Positions 47,803 through 57,521 are shown, counted from the first letter of the stretch. The stretch is 64,000 nucleotides of DNA from an uncultured Desulfurococcaceae archaeon (GCA_964531225.1 CAZHDB010000005.1:7350-71349), one strand, 5' to 3'. Notes: generated by a model not told the origin, from the letters alone. A program made the numbers and translations.

Positions 47803-49756
47803 GACCTAGTGCTCTAAACGATTCAATCACTTCTTCTCGTCTATATTTAGTTGATCTTTTCCATGCTTTCGCGTTACCAGTAATTAATGGTACAAGAATT
47901 TTTTCAACAAGAACATCGGCTAACGGGCAGACTTCTAGACATAGCCTACAGCCACTACATGGTATCTTTGGCAATGGGCCTTGGCTAGTTAGCCTAATTA
48001 CATTCATTGGGCACCATATAACGCAGCTGATGCATCTTGCACAGCCGTGTATCCTATATATTATTTTTAGTACATCGATGAGATCCTCTATACCCTTTTC
48101 TTCATGTATTCTATATTTAACTGTGTTCTTATCGATAATGACTTCCGCTTTGCTGCTAATTATTGACCAGCTAAGTGTGTCTTTATTTCTGGATATAGTT
48201 AAGTGCTTTAGCATTCTTATATTAGTTGAAAATTGTTGCTGAGCAGTATCTGGTACAAGATCTTTATTGAATACTAGATATTTCCAGTTATTAGCCTCCT
48301 TATGTTCTATAGGCGTTAAGTTAATTCTGCTATTGAGTAATCTAAGCCTATATTCTTTGATCCAGTCAATTTTATAACTAGGTATTTTTATGGCAAGTCT
48401 TTGCTTTGCAACCGCTGGAGTTAACCAACGCCATAAACCATATTTTATCCATTCCTGTGGCTGACTAAGTCTCTTTCTCCATTGTTCAAGTACATCGATC
48501 CATTTCTGCCATAGGTTAGGATATGTCCTTTTAACTTCATTGAACTCTGCCAAAGTACTAGATGGGCACATATAGCATCCAAGTCTCTCGAAACCTAGAT
48601 CGTATAGTTTATTATAGGGTAATTTGTGTTCGAATATATATAGCCATATATGTAACTGACTCCATTCTTGTATAGGCGTTATACTCAATAGGTGGGGTAT
48701 CCATCTATTTCTCCAAACCCTTGGGCTCTTAGCTCGATCAATAGACTCATAAGCTCTTTGACCAACAATATTTAGTGCCCCGCTAGGCCACTTATGCCTT
48801 GCAATACGTGCTAATGGAACGAGTTTAACGATTTTACAGCACCATCTATAATCCTTGCCTGGAGGACCAAAGATCTCTACTGCATCCCAAAAAGCATTTC
48901 CAGCACTGGCAACTACTTTCTCTAAGCCATATCTATCGGCAATAGAATCTACATTAGATACGGTATCTGGAAGCTCTAAACCAGTATCATTAAATAGTAG
49001 TTTAACGTCTCCCAATGTCTCTAAAGTTAGATGGAGTGCTGTAAGACTATCCTTTCCTCCGGAATATGACACAACAACTTCTTTTCCTACTTTTTCAGAC
49101 ATAGAGTATAGAAAGGCCTTTGCTCTTGATTCGAAATAGTACAAGCCGTACTTATTATGTTTTAAGACATCGTGTAGATTGGCATTACGTTCACTAGTCT
49201 CCCTAGGTCTATGAATATATTTAAAAACCTTGGTAATGACAACTGTTCCATCAATATTTTCAGCTAATCCTCTAACCTTACCTTTGCAATCTACTACTAC
49301 GACTTGTCTACTACTTGAAGAATAGTTTTCTCTAATAATCCTCTTCTCACGTATAAAACCATCATATGTTACGTAGTCTACCAGGTTTTCTTCATAAGCA
49401 ATTAATGCACCAGTAGAACTAAGTCTAAATCTCCATCCTCCTCTAAATGGATCATAGAATAACTGGCCAATGACATTACCTGAACTTATAATTTCCCACA
49501 TTTGATCCCAGTGGGGAACTTTATTTAATAGAATAAACTTGTTATGGATAAATCTATTATATATAGCATCATCATTAAATTCGTATCTAATGGCCATAAG
49601 AAGCTTTTCATAATCCTTTATAAAACCAGGCCTAGCGTCCCCAGGATCAGTCATCCTTAATTTAAATACATTATCTTCATTGCCAGGCTCGGGCTTAATA
49701 AGCGGAACATTATATATGGGATCCCAGTAAATTGTTGCTCTAACAGGCCATGACAC
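47792..49756 (-). CDS. PAPS-reductase-family PP-loop protein with N-terminal extension and C-terminal 4Fe-4S ferredoxin-like domain
   Basis: PP-loop VVSYSGGKDSLTALHL. C-terminal Cys clusters CARCISCVIWCP and CSGCRLCLEVCP. 654 aa. Confidence 0.65.
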   Translation of the reverse strand: MSWPVRATIYWDPIYNVPLIKPEPGNEDNVFKLRMTDPGDARPGFIKDYEKLLMAIRYEFNDDAIYNRFIHNKFILLNKVPHWDQMWEIISSGNVIGQLFYDPFRGGWRFRLSSTGALIAYEENLVDYVTYDGFIREKRIIRENYSSSSRQVVVVDCKGKVRGLAENIDGTVVITKVFKYIHRPRETSERNANLHDVLKHNKYGLYYFESRAKAFLYSMSEKVGKEVVVSYSGGKDSLTALHLTLETLGDVKLLFNDTGLELPDTVSNVDSIADRYGLEKVVASAGNAFWDAVEIFGPPGKDYRWCCKIVKLVPLARIARHKWPSGALNIVGQRAYESIDRAKSPRVWRNRWIPHLLSITPIQEWSQLHIWLYIFEHKLPYNKLYDLGFERLGCYMCPSSTLAEFNEVKRTYPNLWQKWIDVLEQWRKRLSQPQEWIKYGLWRWLTPAVAKQRLAIKIPSYKIDWIKEYRLRLLNSRINLTPIEHKEANNWKYLVFNKDLVPDTAQQQFSTNIRMLKHLTISRNKDTLSWSIISSKAEVIIDKNTVKYRIHEEKGIEDLIDVLKIIYRIHGCARCISCVIWCPMNVIRLTSQGPLPKIPCSGCRLCLEVCPLADVLVEKILVPLITGNAKAWKRSTKYRREEVIESFRALGLIP

Positions 49757-49966
49757 TATAAATCACCTCTATTTCTCTAGCAATAAAGTAATACCTATAG
49801 TCCCTTATATCCTAGTAGATCGTATATTATTTAGACTTTTGCCTAAACCATTAATTAAGAATTCTTTATAGATCCTTGAAGATGATGTAGACAATTCGGG
49901 AGAACCTTTAAATACCTTCCCATATACTCACGATAAACACGAGTTAAGTAAATTGTGAATATATAG

Positions 49967-52900
49967 GTGTCACATATGAATAGAATTATATACTCTGTAC
50001 TACTTGCTATACTACTCACACTAAACCTAACAGCTGTCGCAACGGCATCACCAACATTTGCACCAGCACAAGCTCCAGGAGTAACTGCAGATATTGAGGT
50101 ATTATCACCATTAAACATAACCGATCCACTGTTAATAGGTAAAGACATATCAATATACTTACCTGGATGCTGTTTATTAGCAGTAGTTGATGTAAAGTCC
50201 CTAGAAGATCAAGGTGTCGACATAGGTTTAGTTGATGTACTGTTTACACCAGATGCAAACTGGTGGGGTGCAGAAGTAGTTAAGTATATTGACTTAAACA
50301 CAACAACTGATGGATGGATAAACAACCCTGAAACAGGAGTTAACTACGCTATTATCAGAAGCTCTACAGATCCAAACATTGTATTACTAGCAATAGATCT
50401 AAGTACAATAGACTTATCTAATGTCGTTGTTCACAGAGAGGCCTTTGGAGACATAGTAGTTATGAACTTGTATGGTATACCTCTATGGCTTAGAGTAAGA
50501 GACTATAACCCGCCATCGCCACCAGATAGTGCTTTAAGTGTAAATAGATTCGCCGTTATACAGCCTCCAGTAATCGATTGGGATGAATATATAACAGTTG
50601 AATACTTCATTGGTAACACAGAAGCAGACAAGGCAAAATATGGTACAAAGGTTAATATAACAATTAGATTACCTGACGAAATCAAGTACTTACTTAACAT
50701 AACTGGCGGCGCACCCGAATTAACATTCGAGAATGTTACTGTATTCAATGTAACAATGTTTAACCTAGACAATCCTGCAGATAGAGACCTGCTTTATAGC
50801 AATCTATTCCTAGTGCCGCAGGACAATGATTATCTAGAATTAGTGGATTGGGACATTTCTGCAGATGGTACTGTATTGAACATAACAGGCTACGTAAGAG
50901 ACTTCGCGCCTCTAGCAGTTCACGAAGATGCATCATCTGAGCCTAAGGCGTTCTATGGATTTGAGGTCTACTTAGAGTTTAACCGCACTGCCGATGTAGG
51001 TTATGGATTAAATCTATCAGAACTACCACCATGCCCTAATGTAGTTGATAATGATACGATTAGCTTCGTATTTAGTACTACAGGCTCAACATCAACAGTA
51101 TATGTTGAGGTATGGACATCATTAGAAGTAGTAGGCAATTATACCGATGTAGCATTTGATCCCTCTGATCTTAATCCCGGAGATGTTGTAAGGTTCAAGC
51201 TGCACAACCTACCAGTTCCCTATAATGATACGCTGTATCAAGTAGTATTTACGACATCATATACAACAATTGTATCAACAACCTTTAGCTACGTTGGAAC
51301 AGAATCAACACCTGCTGAAGGTATAGTAGTGTATGATGTGACATTACCTGATGGTGAATGGGGTGGATTAACAGCTTATGTAACATTCGTATTTAGGAGA
51401 GTAGGCTATGAGATACATGTTAGTGAGCACCCATCATGCTATCCTGTAACTGTTGTTGTAAAGCCTTATGCTGACATATTTGTATTACTCAATGATCCTT
51501 CATACATAGTTGCTCAGGACGGTGTTATTTATAGACAATTCGTACACTGGAGTCAATCAGACTATACGGCAGCACCAGGCGATTATATACTTGTTAAAGG
51601 CTATGGCTTTATAACTGAAGGAGGACTAGACGTTCTCATTAACGAGACAATAACGCTTAAGAAACTTCTAGAAAGGAACAGTTCATCAGATCCGGGTCTT
51701 GAACCTGGTAGGGCAATTCTTGTAGTAAAGGTTAATGTAACTGAAAACGGAGTAATATGTCCATGTAGAGATAATAGGTTAACTGTTGTAGGCACACTCT
51801 ATAATAGCACTAACAGATACACTACTGATGAGAACCTAACAATAGACTTTAGACCGGATCTATGGAAGATACTTGTCAATCCAGATCTACTATATGATCC
51901 TGTAGCACAGACAGTCTATGTAACACAGGAGAGACTATCATTATTCGATGTATACTATGACCTAGTTGATGATCCAGTGGCTCCGGGTGGCGATAAATTT
52001 GTTGAGGATACATTAGATGAGGAGTTCAGACTAGAAGTAATAGGTGTTAATGCGTCGAGCGTCGAGCTATTGTTTGACAATACCTATCCACACTTCCTTA
52101 ACTTCACATGGAATAATGTTAGTCTACAGTGTGGCTATGCGTATGTGGACTATACTGGTGCTACAATACCATTCTATCCAATGGGTACCTACACCTTAGT
52201 GGTACTTAATGGCACTACTGTCCTAGTGCCTGAGGCCATTAATGGTTCAGACGTCTTTGAAGTACATCCGAACCTGGATATCGACGTATTACCAGATGAC
52301 GATACGTCTGGCAGGAGATGCTGTAACGTAACATTCAATGTTGTTGGCGGACTACCTGATGACGTATTAACATTCCATGGTAATGCAGTGATAGAGATTA
52401 CTACTGACGAGTTCGGAGGACCAACTGTATGGAGAACCGAGGCAATATCTGTAGATGTAGCTACTAATACTTATGGTATTGGCAACACTACAATATATGG
52501 AACAGTATTCTACGACTCAACAGAGCTCCAGAATGATGTAAAGTCCTACATGGATGGACACTCATTCTCTGGTGAAGGAGATATATCGTTTACAATAGAT
52601 TATAGTGGTGAGCTAGACTACTTCACTAATGACACACTAGTAATATGGTATGTCTACTGGGGTACTAATACTGAAAGAGAGTTTACACTTGAAGTAACTG
52701 GTACAGTACATTACTTTGAAGTTACTGACGAGATTGATTGGACAGTCTCTGTAAAAGTACCTAGGACAAGAGTTGTAGTATCTGTACCCGAGACAGTTTT
52801 ACCTGGAGACAATATTACTATACAGATATTTGTACATGAGACTGCTGTATCTCATGACCAAGTAACTCCTGAGAAACTATGGGAGTTAATGTATCCATAC

Positions 52901-54535
52901 TGGATTAGTGTAAGATTGGTAGACGTATCAGCATCAACGAGCGGTAGTTGGGTCGCATTATATGGTGGATGGTTAAGATTTGACTCTGGTACGACTGAAG
53001 TAGAATTACCTAATGGCAAAGTTGCAAAGCTTGTACGCGTATTAGAGGATGTTGATGGCGACGGCGTCGATGAGGTTGTATTCCTTGTCGTCATACCTGC
53101 ACCTATAACAACATATGATGTGACACTAAGAGTTGATGTAAACATCACATTAGCTTATGAGAACACGGGTACCCCGACATTCCTTGACCTAGTAGACGAT
53201 GAATGTACATTTGAAGCAAACTATACTGGCGCTAGATTGTGGGCTACTCACTACACTCATGTCCTATATGGAGGCGATCATCATCTTACAACAGTACTTG
53301 GACTATTAGAGGCTAAGCTAGACTATATTAAGGATGATACAGTCTATATCAGAGGAAAAGTCGATGACGTATGGACGTTTATAACCGTTGATCTAATGGA
53401 CTTCCTAGAGGCTATGAACAACTCTATAATAACAAAGATTGATGGCAGTACTGCCACTATATTAACCACGCTTGGAGAGATCAATGTAAGCTTAACAGAC
53501 CTAATGACAACACTGGCTGGCGAAATAGAATTTAAGATCGACGAGTCCACAGCAACAATTATTGCAAAGCTTGAGGATGTCAATGCGACATTATACCTCA
53601 AGATCGATGAGAGTACTGACTTCTTAGCATCATTAGTCGGCGATCTATTTACCAGGCTTGACGAATTAGAGGCCAACGTAGTCTATACAATACTTGCTGT
53701 AAACGAGTCGGTAGTAGGGCATATAGATGTCGTTGCTGACGACTTGAGATATGATATACTACTAAGAATCGATGAAGCGGAAGAAACACTAAGCGATCTA
53801 ATAACTGTCAAGGCCGATGAGATCGAATATCTCATTAATGAGGCAAACATAACGATAGTGGCCAAGATCGGTGAATCAACATTGACAATAACTGATGCAG
53901 TTGATAGTGCTAAGGCCGACCTCGAAGTCTATATTGATGGACAGACTGCTACCATTAGAAGCGATATAGCCGCTGTAAAGACTGATACTGAGAGTATAAT
54001 CGACTTAGTAAATGCTCTACAGACAAGTGTCAGCGACTTATCTGTAAAGCTAGTACAGGTAAATGACACACTATATGCATTAGTATTAAGTGTTGGAGAT
54101 GATGTAAAGGCAACAATCATTGGTAAGGCAGACGACATATTAGGATTCCTCAACGAGTTTAAGACAGCTACTGAGACAAGCTTTAGCAATGTATTATCAG
54201 CTATTGATGAATTAGGTACTGATGTTGAGGCTGCTAAGGCAGAAGTACTAGCCAACTTATCGAGTGTATACAGTGATCTATCAAGCAAGCTTGATGACTT
54301 AAGCTCAGCAATATCGGATGCCAGTACAAGCATAGAAGACAAAATTACAAGCGCTAAGAATGAGTTAAGCACCAAGGTAGAAACACTAGCTGGAGACTTA
54401 AAGAGTACTGTTGAAGAGAAGACTGATGCTGTAAACAGCAATGTAACGACTTTCAGTCTAACACTATTGATACTTGTAATAGTCTTAATAGGACTAGTAG
54501 GCTACAGCTTAATAGTTGCCAGAAGAGCTAGGTAA
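49967..54535 (+). CDS. Tetrabrachion-like S-layer glycoprotein (signal peptide, large sequon-rich ectodomain, long coiled-coil stalk, C-terminal TM anchor)
   Basis: The likely start is the ATG at 49976 (MNRIIYSVLLAILLTLNLTAVATA), behind AGGTG. There are many NxS/T sequons. The last roughly 420 aa are coiled coil, ending in TFSLTLLILVIVLIGLVGYSLIVARRAR. 1522 aa. Confidence 0.75.
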   Translation: MSHMNRIIYSVLLAILLTLNLTAVATASPTFAPAQAPGVTADIEVLSPLNITDPLLIGKDISIYLPGCCLLAVVDVKSLEDQGVDIGLVDVLFTPDANWWGAEVVKYIDLNTTTDGWINNPETGVNYAIIRSSTDPNIVLLAIDLSTIDLSNVVVHREAFGDIVVMNLYGIPLWLRVRDYNPPSPPDSALSVNRFAVIQPPVIDWDEYITVEYFIGNTEADKAKYGTKVNITIRLPDEIKYLLNITGGAPELTFENVTVFNVTMFNLDNPADRDLLYSNLFLVPQDNDYLELVDWDISADGTVLNITGYVRDFAPLAVHEDASSEPKAFYGFEVYLEFNRTADVGYGLNLSELPPCPNVVDNDTISFVFSTTGSTSTVYVEVWTSLEVVGNYTDVAFDPSDLNPGDVVRFKLHNLPVPYNDTLYQVVFTTSYTTIVSTTFSYVGTESTPAEGIVVYDVTLPDGEWGGLTAYVTFVFRRVGYEIHVSEHPSCYPVTVVVKPYADIFVLLNDPSYIVAQDGVIYRQFVHWSQSDYTAAPGDYILVKGYGFITEGGLDVLINETITLKKLLERNSSSDPGLEPGRAILVVKVNVTENGVICPCRDNRLTVVGTLYNSTNRYTTDENLTIDFRPDLWKILVNPDLLYDPVAQTVYVTQERLSLFDVYYDLVDDPVAPGGDKFVEDTLDEEFRLEVIGVNASSVELLFDNTYPHFLNFTWNNVSLQCGYAYVDYTGATIPFYPMGTYTLVVLNGTTVLVPEAINGSDVFEVHPNLDIDVLPDDDTSGRRCCNVTFNVVGGLPDDVLTFHGNAVIEITTDEFGGPTVWRTEAISVDVATNTYGIGNTTIYGTVFYDSTELQNDVKSYMDGHSFSGEGDISFTIDYSGELDYFTNDTLVIWYVYWGTNTEREFTLEVTGTVHYFEVTDEIDWTVSVKVPRTRVVVSVPETVLPGDNITIQIFVHETAVSHDQVTPEKLWELMYPYWISVRLVDVSASTSGSWVALYGGWLRFDSGTTEVELPNGKVAKLVRVLEDVDGDGVDEVVFLVVIPAPITTYDVTLRVDVNITLAYENTGTPTFLDLVDDECTFEANYTGARLWATHYTHVLYGGDHHLTTVLGLLEAKLDYIKDDTVYIRGKVDDVWTFITVDLMDFLEAMNNSIITKIDGSTATILTTLGEINVSLTDLMTTLAGEIEFKIDESTATIIAKLEDVNATLYLKIDESTDFLASLVGDLFTRLDELEANVVYTILAVNESVVGHIDVVADDLRYDILLRIDEAEETLSDLITVKADEIEYLINEANITIVAKIGESTLTITDAVDSAKADLEVYIDGQTATIRSDIAAVKTDTESIIDLVNALQTSVSDLSVKLVQVNDTLYALVLSVGDDVKATIIGKADDILGFLNEFKTATETSFSNVLSAIDELGTDVEAAKAEVLANLSSVYSDLSSKLDDLSSAISDASTSIEDKITSAKNELSTKVETLAGDLKSTVEEKTDAVNSNVTTFSLTLLILVIVLIGLVGYSLIVARRAR
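53438..54163 (+). repeat. 22 consecutive in-register 11-residue (undecad) repeats within the stalk
   Basis: IDGSTATILTT/LGEINVSLTDL/MTTLAGEIEFK/IDESTATIIAK/LEDVNATLYLK/IDESTDFLASL/... /DDILGFLNEFK, with hydrophobic residues recurring at positions 1, 4-5 and 8. Confidence 0.75.
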
Positions 54536-54542
54536 ATGCTAT

Positions 54543-54571
54543 AAAAATATTTAAATTACCAAATATTTTTT
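54543..54571 (+). terminator. Perfect 10-bp inverted repeat plus T-run after the S-layer gene
   Basis: AAAAATATTT (54543-54552), loop aaattacc, then AAATATTTTT (54561-70) followed by T. It starts 8 nt after the stop codon. Confidence 0.45.
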
Positions 54572-54685
54572 ATAAATACTTCACTTTTAATGTTTCAACA
54601 TATTTCTTTACTCGAGACATTATTGATTATAACTAGTTTTATACAGAACCATTTTTAAGGATTTTAAGAAGGTCTAGGGAGGTAG

Positions 54686-55123
54686 TTGAGATCATTAACA
54701 CAGTACCTATCAATGGCTATTATATTGTCAATAATGGTATCCGTATCTGCATTATTGACTACATACATAAACAATGTATATGAGTCCGTGTTAAGGGTTA
54801 AAGGAAATCTCTTCGATAATGCAATTGTTTTAAATAAATTAGAATTAGAAGGAAATAAGATTGTTATAATAGACTTTAAAAGAGAAGCGATAATTTATGA
54901 CATTATTATAATTTATCCCTTAAACAATTATAGTTACTCCATACTTAGGTTCATAGGCAACGGGACTAAACAGGTACATTATTATAATGTAACAATATTT
55001 TATCAAAATATAACTTGTCTTCATGATAAACTCGTTGGCATAAGAAACTCATTAATAATTATAAGAGTGCCCATAGGACTACGTATAAAAATATATTCTA
55101 TGGAGGACATTCATTATGCTTAG
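54686..55123 (+). CDS. Hypothetical N-terminally anchored/pilin-like protein, first gene of the Ced-like operon
   Basis: TTG start behind GGGAGGT. N-terminus MRS-LTQYLSMAIILSIMVSVSALL, followed by a beta-rich domain. Overlaps the next gene by 8 nt. Confidence 0.5.
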   Translation: MRSLTQYLSMAIILSIMVSVSALLTTYINNVYESVLRVKGNLFDNAIVLNKLELEGNKIVIIDFKREAIIYDIIIIYPLNNYSYSILRFIGNGTKQVHYYNVTIFYQNITCLHDKLVGIRNSLIIIRVPIGLRIKIYSMEDIHYA

Positions 55124-57224
55124 ATCCATGTCAGCATATCCTTTAGCGATCATGTTAACAATATCACTAATTACAATAACAGTAGTGACAATAAACTCTA
55201 TGGCAAAGATATCAACACTAACAACTAGTATTAATGAAAAAGAGAAAACGACACCAATAACCTATTACTTGTATAATGACTCTTTATACATAATACCTAT
55301 TAAGAGGTACAGTGGCAGTATAAGAATAATTGCAATAGATGAGCACGGGTATATTGATGTACTAGAACTAAATAGATCTTTATTAAAGAATAAAATAGCA
55401 TATGGTCCTATACCATTATATTATAAATATCTAATTATTCAAAATGAAGATCATGTAATATTGGATGTATTAGGAGAATTGGATTCTAAAAGCATCAATA
55501 TGGAGTTCCTCCATCCACTACCTCCATCATTATATGTTCATCCGGCCCTCTCTGTAGTAGATTACATAGATCAACATAGTGGGATAAACAATTATTATGA
55601 AGTAGTTCCAAAAATTAATGATATTATTGAAAACATACTCTATCCTAATTTAACTTATAAAATAGATAATGAATTATATAAGCCTACGGCTATTAATCAG
55701 AGTATACAAATAAAGACAAATAGCAGTAAATACTACAGTCCGAACGATACTTTTCTAATCAATATAACAAATATATTAATGCACGGTACTCAATACTACG
55801 GAGGATATCTCGTTAGAATCGAAATTAACTCAACAAAACCTTTAGAGTTTGTAGAGGGATTAAGCGATAACTATACTCATCATAACCAAGTTTATCCTCG
55901 CAATACAGAGACTATTGAAGTAGTTGAAACACATACTCTATTAAATAAAACTGTTGATTCAGGTTATATAACTGATATCTTAATAAATGCTACACACGAA
56001 ATACTGAATGCATCAATTATAGGATTATGGTCTGGAAGAGTTGTAGCAGCATTCTATGAAATAACATACAATTTAACACTCACCAATGGTTCATCAAGTA
56101 CTTCCTATATTGTTAGAACAAATACAACAAGTATCAACATAAATAATTACACTATGATTATAAATAAGATGTTTAATAATATTAGCTATTCTTCGTCGAA
56201 TAGTTCTATTAAAGCAATATTGATAATTAGATACAATATTGTACCCATAGAGATTGGTAGTGAGCCTTTGTTACTTGATCTCTATTCTCATATACACGGT
56301 AACATTCAAAATAGATCGTTACGAATTATAAGACATAATACACTGCAATTAATCACAGATGATATAGAGAATTTTATAGTTGATCGAAACAGTATATTAA
56401 TCTATTCAACTATGTATTCATTAAAGAATAATATTTCATATAGGATACTGACAAACAATTCAATCCTTGATCGTGGTAATAATCTCCACATTTTACTTAA
56501 TTTTTATGGTAGAGCAAACATCTCCATAACCGAATACGCTTTGCCTGACATAGTAATTAATGATAACGGGATTATATTAACTAATATTGTTAATAATGCA
56601 ACTATATCGGGCAATATGTCGGGTATTTTATGGTTTAATACCAATGAAAAACCATTACATATAAGATATAAAGTCCCATCGATAGTCAAGATCGGTATTG
56701 TACAATTATATATAAGTACGTATTCTGTTTTACTTAGGGATTACTACGAAAATAAAACGTATATATACAATGGCACATTTTATTTAGTAAATGGCTCCAA
56801 AATTAGATTTATACAAAATGTAATCATATTACGTAATATAACCTATGCACAGCCCTATATCTATTTTCCCTGTACTATAAATCTAACTATGTATATTGGA
56901 TATACGGATGGGCAAATGGAGATAATAAATACAAGTTATGGCAAGCCTTTATACAGATTGAGGAATATGCTTATCAGAAATATAACAGTTAAATTAAATC
57001 ATTATGGATCCCGAATATATGGCTCCTTAAATACTCCATTTCTATTTATTAATTTCAGAAATACTACTGATTACGCCTTTATTGAAAAAGATATGCTTAG
57101 GCATATCAATATTTTTGGGAATATTATTGTTATTTATAGGACAAGGATTTATGGTTATGAAGTATCTCTATTACTTTCGCCAACCCCTCCCTTTATTAAA
57201 TATCCCGAACCTATACTAGGGTAA
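55116..57224 (+). CDS. Large Asn-rich, sequon-rich extracellular protein with pilin-like N-terminus
   Basis: N-terminus MLRS-MSAYPLAIMLTISLITITVV. 702 aa with more than 25 NxS/T sequons and no further TM. The next gene starts 5 nt downstream. Confidence 0.5.
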   Translation: MLRSMSAYPLAIMLTISLITITVVTINSMAKISTLTTSINEKEKTTPITYYLYNDSLYIIPIKRYSGSIRIIAIDEHGYIDVLELNRSLLKNKIAYGPIPLYYKYLIIQNEDHVILDVLGELDSKSINMEFLHPLPPSLYVHPALSVVDYIDQHSGINNYYEVVPKINDIIENILYPNLTYKIDNELYKPTAINQSIQIKTNSSKYYSPNDTFLINITNILMHGTQYYGGYLVRIEINSTKPLEFVEGLSDNYTHHNQVYPRNTETIEVVETHTLLNKTVDSGYITDILINATHEILNASIIGLWSGRVVAAFYEITYNLTLTNGSSSTSYIVRTNTTSININNYTMIINKMFNNISYSSSNSSIKAILIIRYNIVPIEIGSEPLLLDLYSHIHGNIQNRSLRIIRHNTLQLITDDIENFIVDRNSILIYSTMYSLKNNISYRILTNNSILDRGNNLHILLNFYGRANISITEYALPDIVINDNGIILTNIVNNATISGNMSGILWFNTNEKPLHIRYKVPSIVKIGIVQLYISTYSVLLRDYYENKTYIYNGTFYLVNGSKIRFIQNVIILRNITYAQPYIYFPCTINLTMYIGYTDGQMEIINTSYGKPLYRLRNMLIRNITVKLNHYGSRIYGSLNTPFLFINFRNTTDYAFIEKDMLRHINIFGNIIVIYRTRIYGYEVSLLLSPTPPFIKYPEPILG

Positions 57225-57229
57225 TCGGT

Positions 57230-57496
57230 ATGACTGATATTATAGGGTTCATACAGGATCTCATCATAAATATAACGCTAGTAGCTTGGATAATGTTCTT
57301 ACTAACATGGGTTATTGGATGGGCTTTAAAGGGAGCACCAATACCTTTTCTAAGGATTAAGAGAACGGGTCAAAAATTTATAGAAGACGCAGTATGGGCA
57401 GCATTCTGGTTAGCAATGGGCACAACAGTATTTGCCTTAATAGCTTATATTGTTACACAGTTTCAGCAACCATTTCCAGAACCACCAACGATCTAG
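57230..57496 (+). CDS. Two-helix hairpin membrane protein, CedA1/VirB2-like pilin candidate
   Basis: 88 aa made of a hydrophobic helix, a basic loop (KGAPIPFLRIKRTGQK) and a second hydrophobic helix. Sits immediately upstream of the polytopic CedA-like gene. Confidence 0.55.
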   Translation: MTDIIGFIQDLIINITLVAWIMFLLTWVIGWALKGAPIPFLRIKRTGQKFIEDAVWAAFWLAMGTTVFALIAYIVTQFQQPFPEPPTI

Positions 57497-57521
57497 TATT
57501 TTCTGGAGGGTCTAGTGTGTT

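Noticed and set aside
44920-49756. Lhr helicase + PAPS-reductase-like + membrane HerA ATPase as a DNA-modification defence island (Dnd/Ssp-like)
   Set aside because: No DndA/D/E, restriction or SspE-like partners are present. The genes point in different directions and look like conserved core genes. The idea is noted only as a low-probability alternative under the PAPS-reductase finding.
49883-49950. ATGATGT upstream of the S-layer gene, and ATGATGA at 26249, as C boxes
   Set aside because: No CUGA lies at a suitable distance downstream in either case.
53344-54441. Three long minus-strand ORFs (110, 60 and 170 aa) inside the S-layer gene
   Set aside because: They are Ser/Thr/Val/Ile-rich mirror images of the repetitive coiled-coil coding sequence, lie entirely inside a much longer and better-supported plus-strand gene, and have no motifs.
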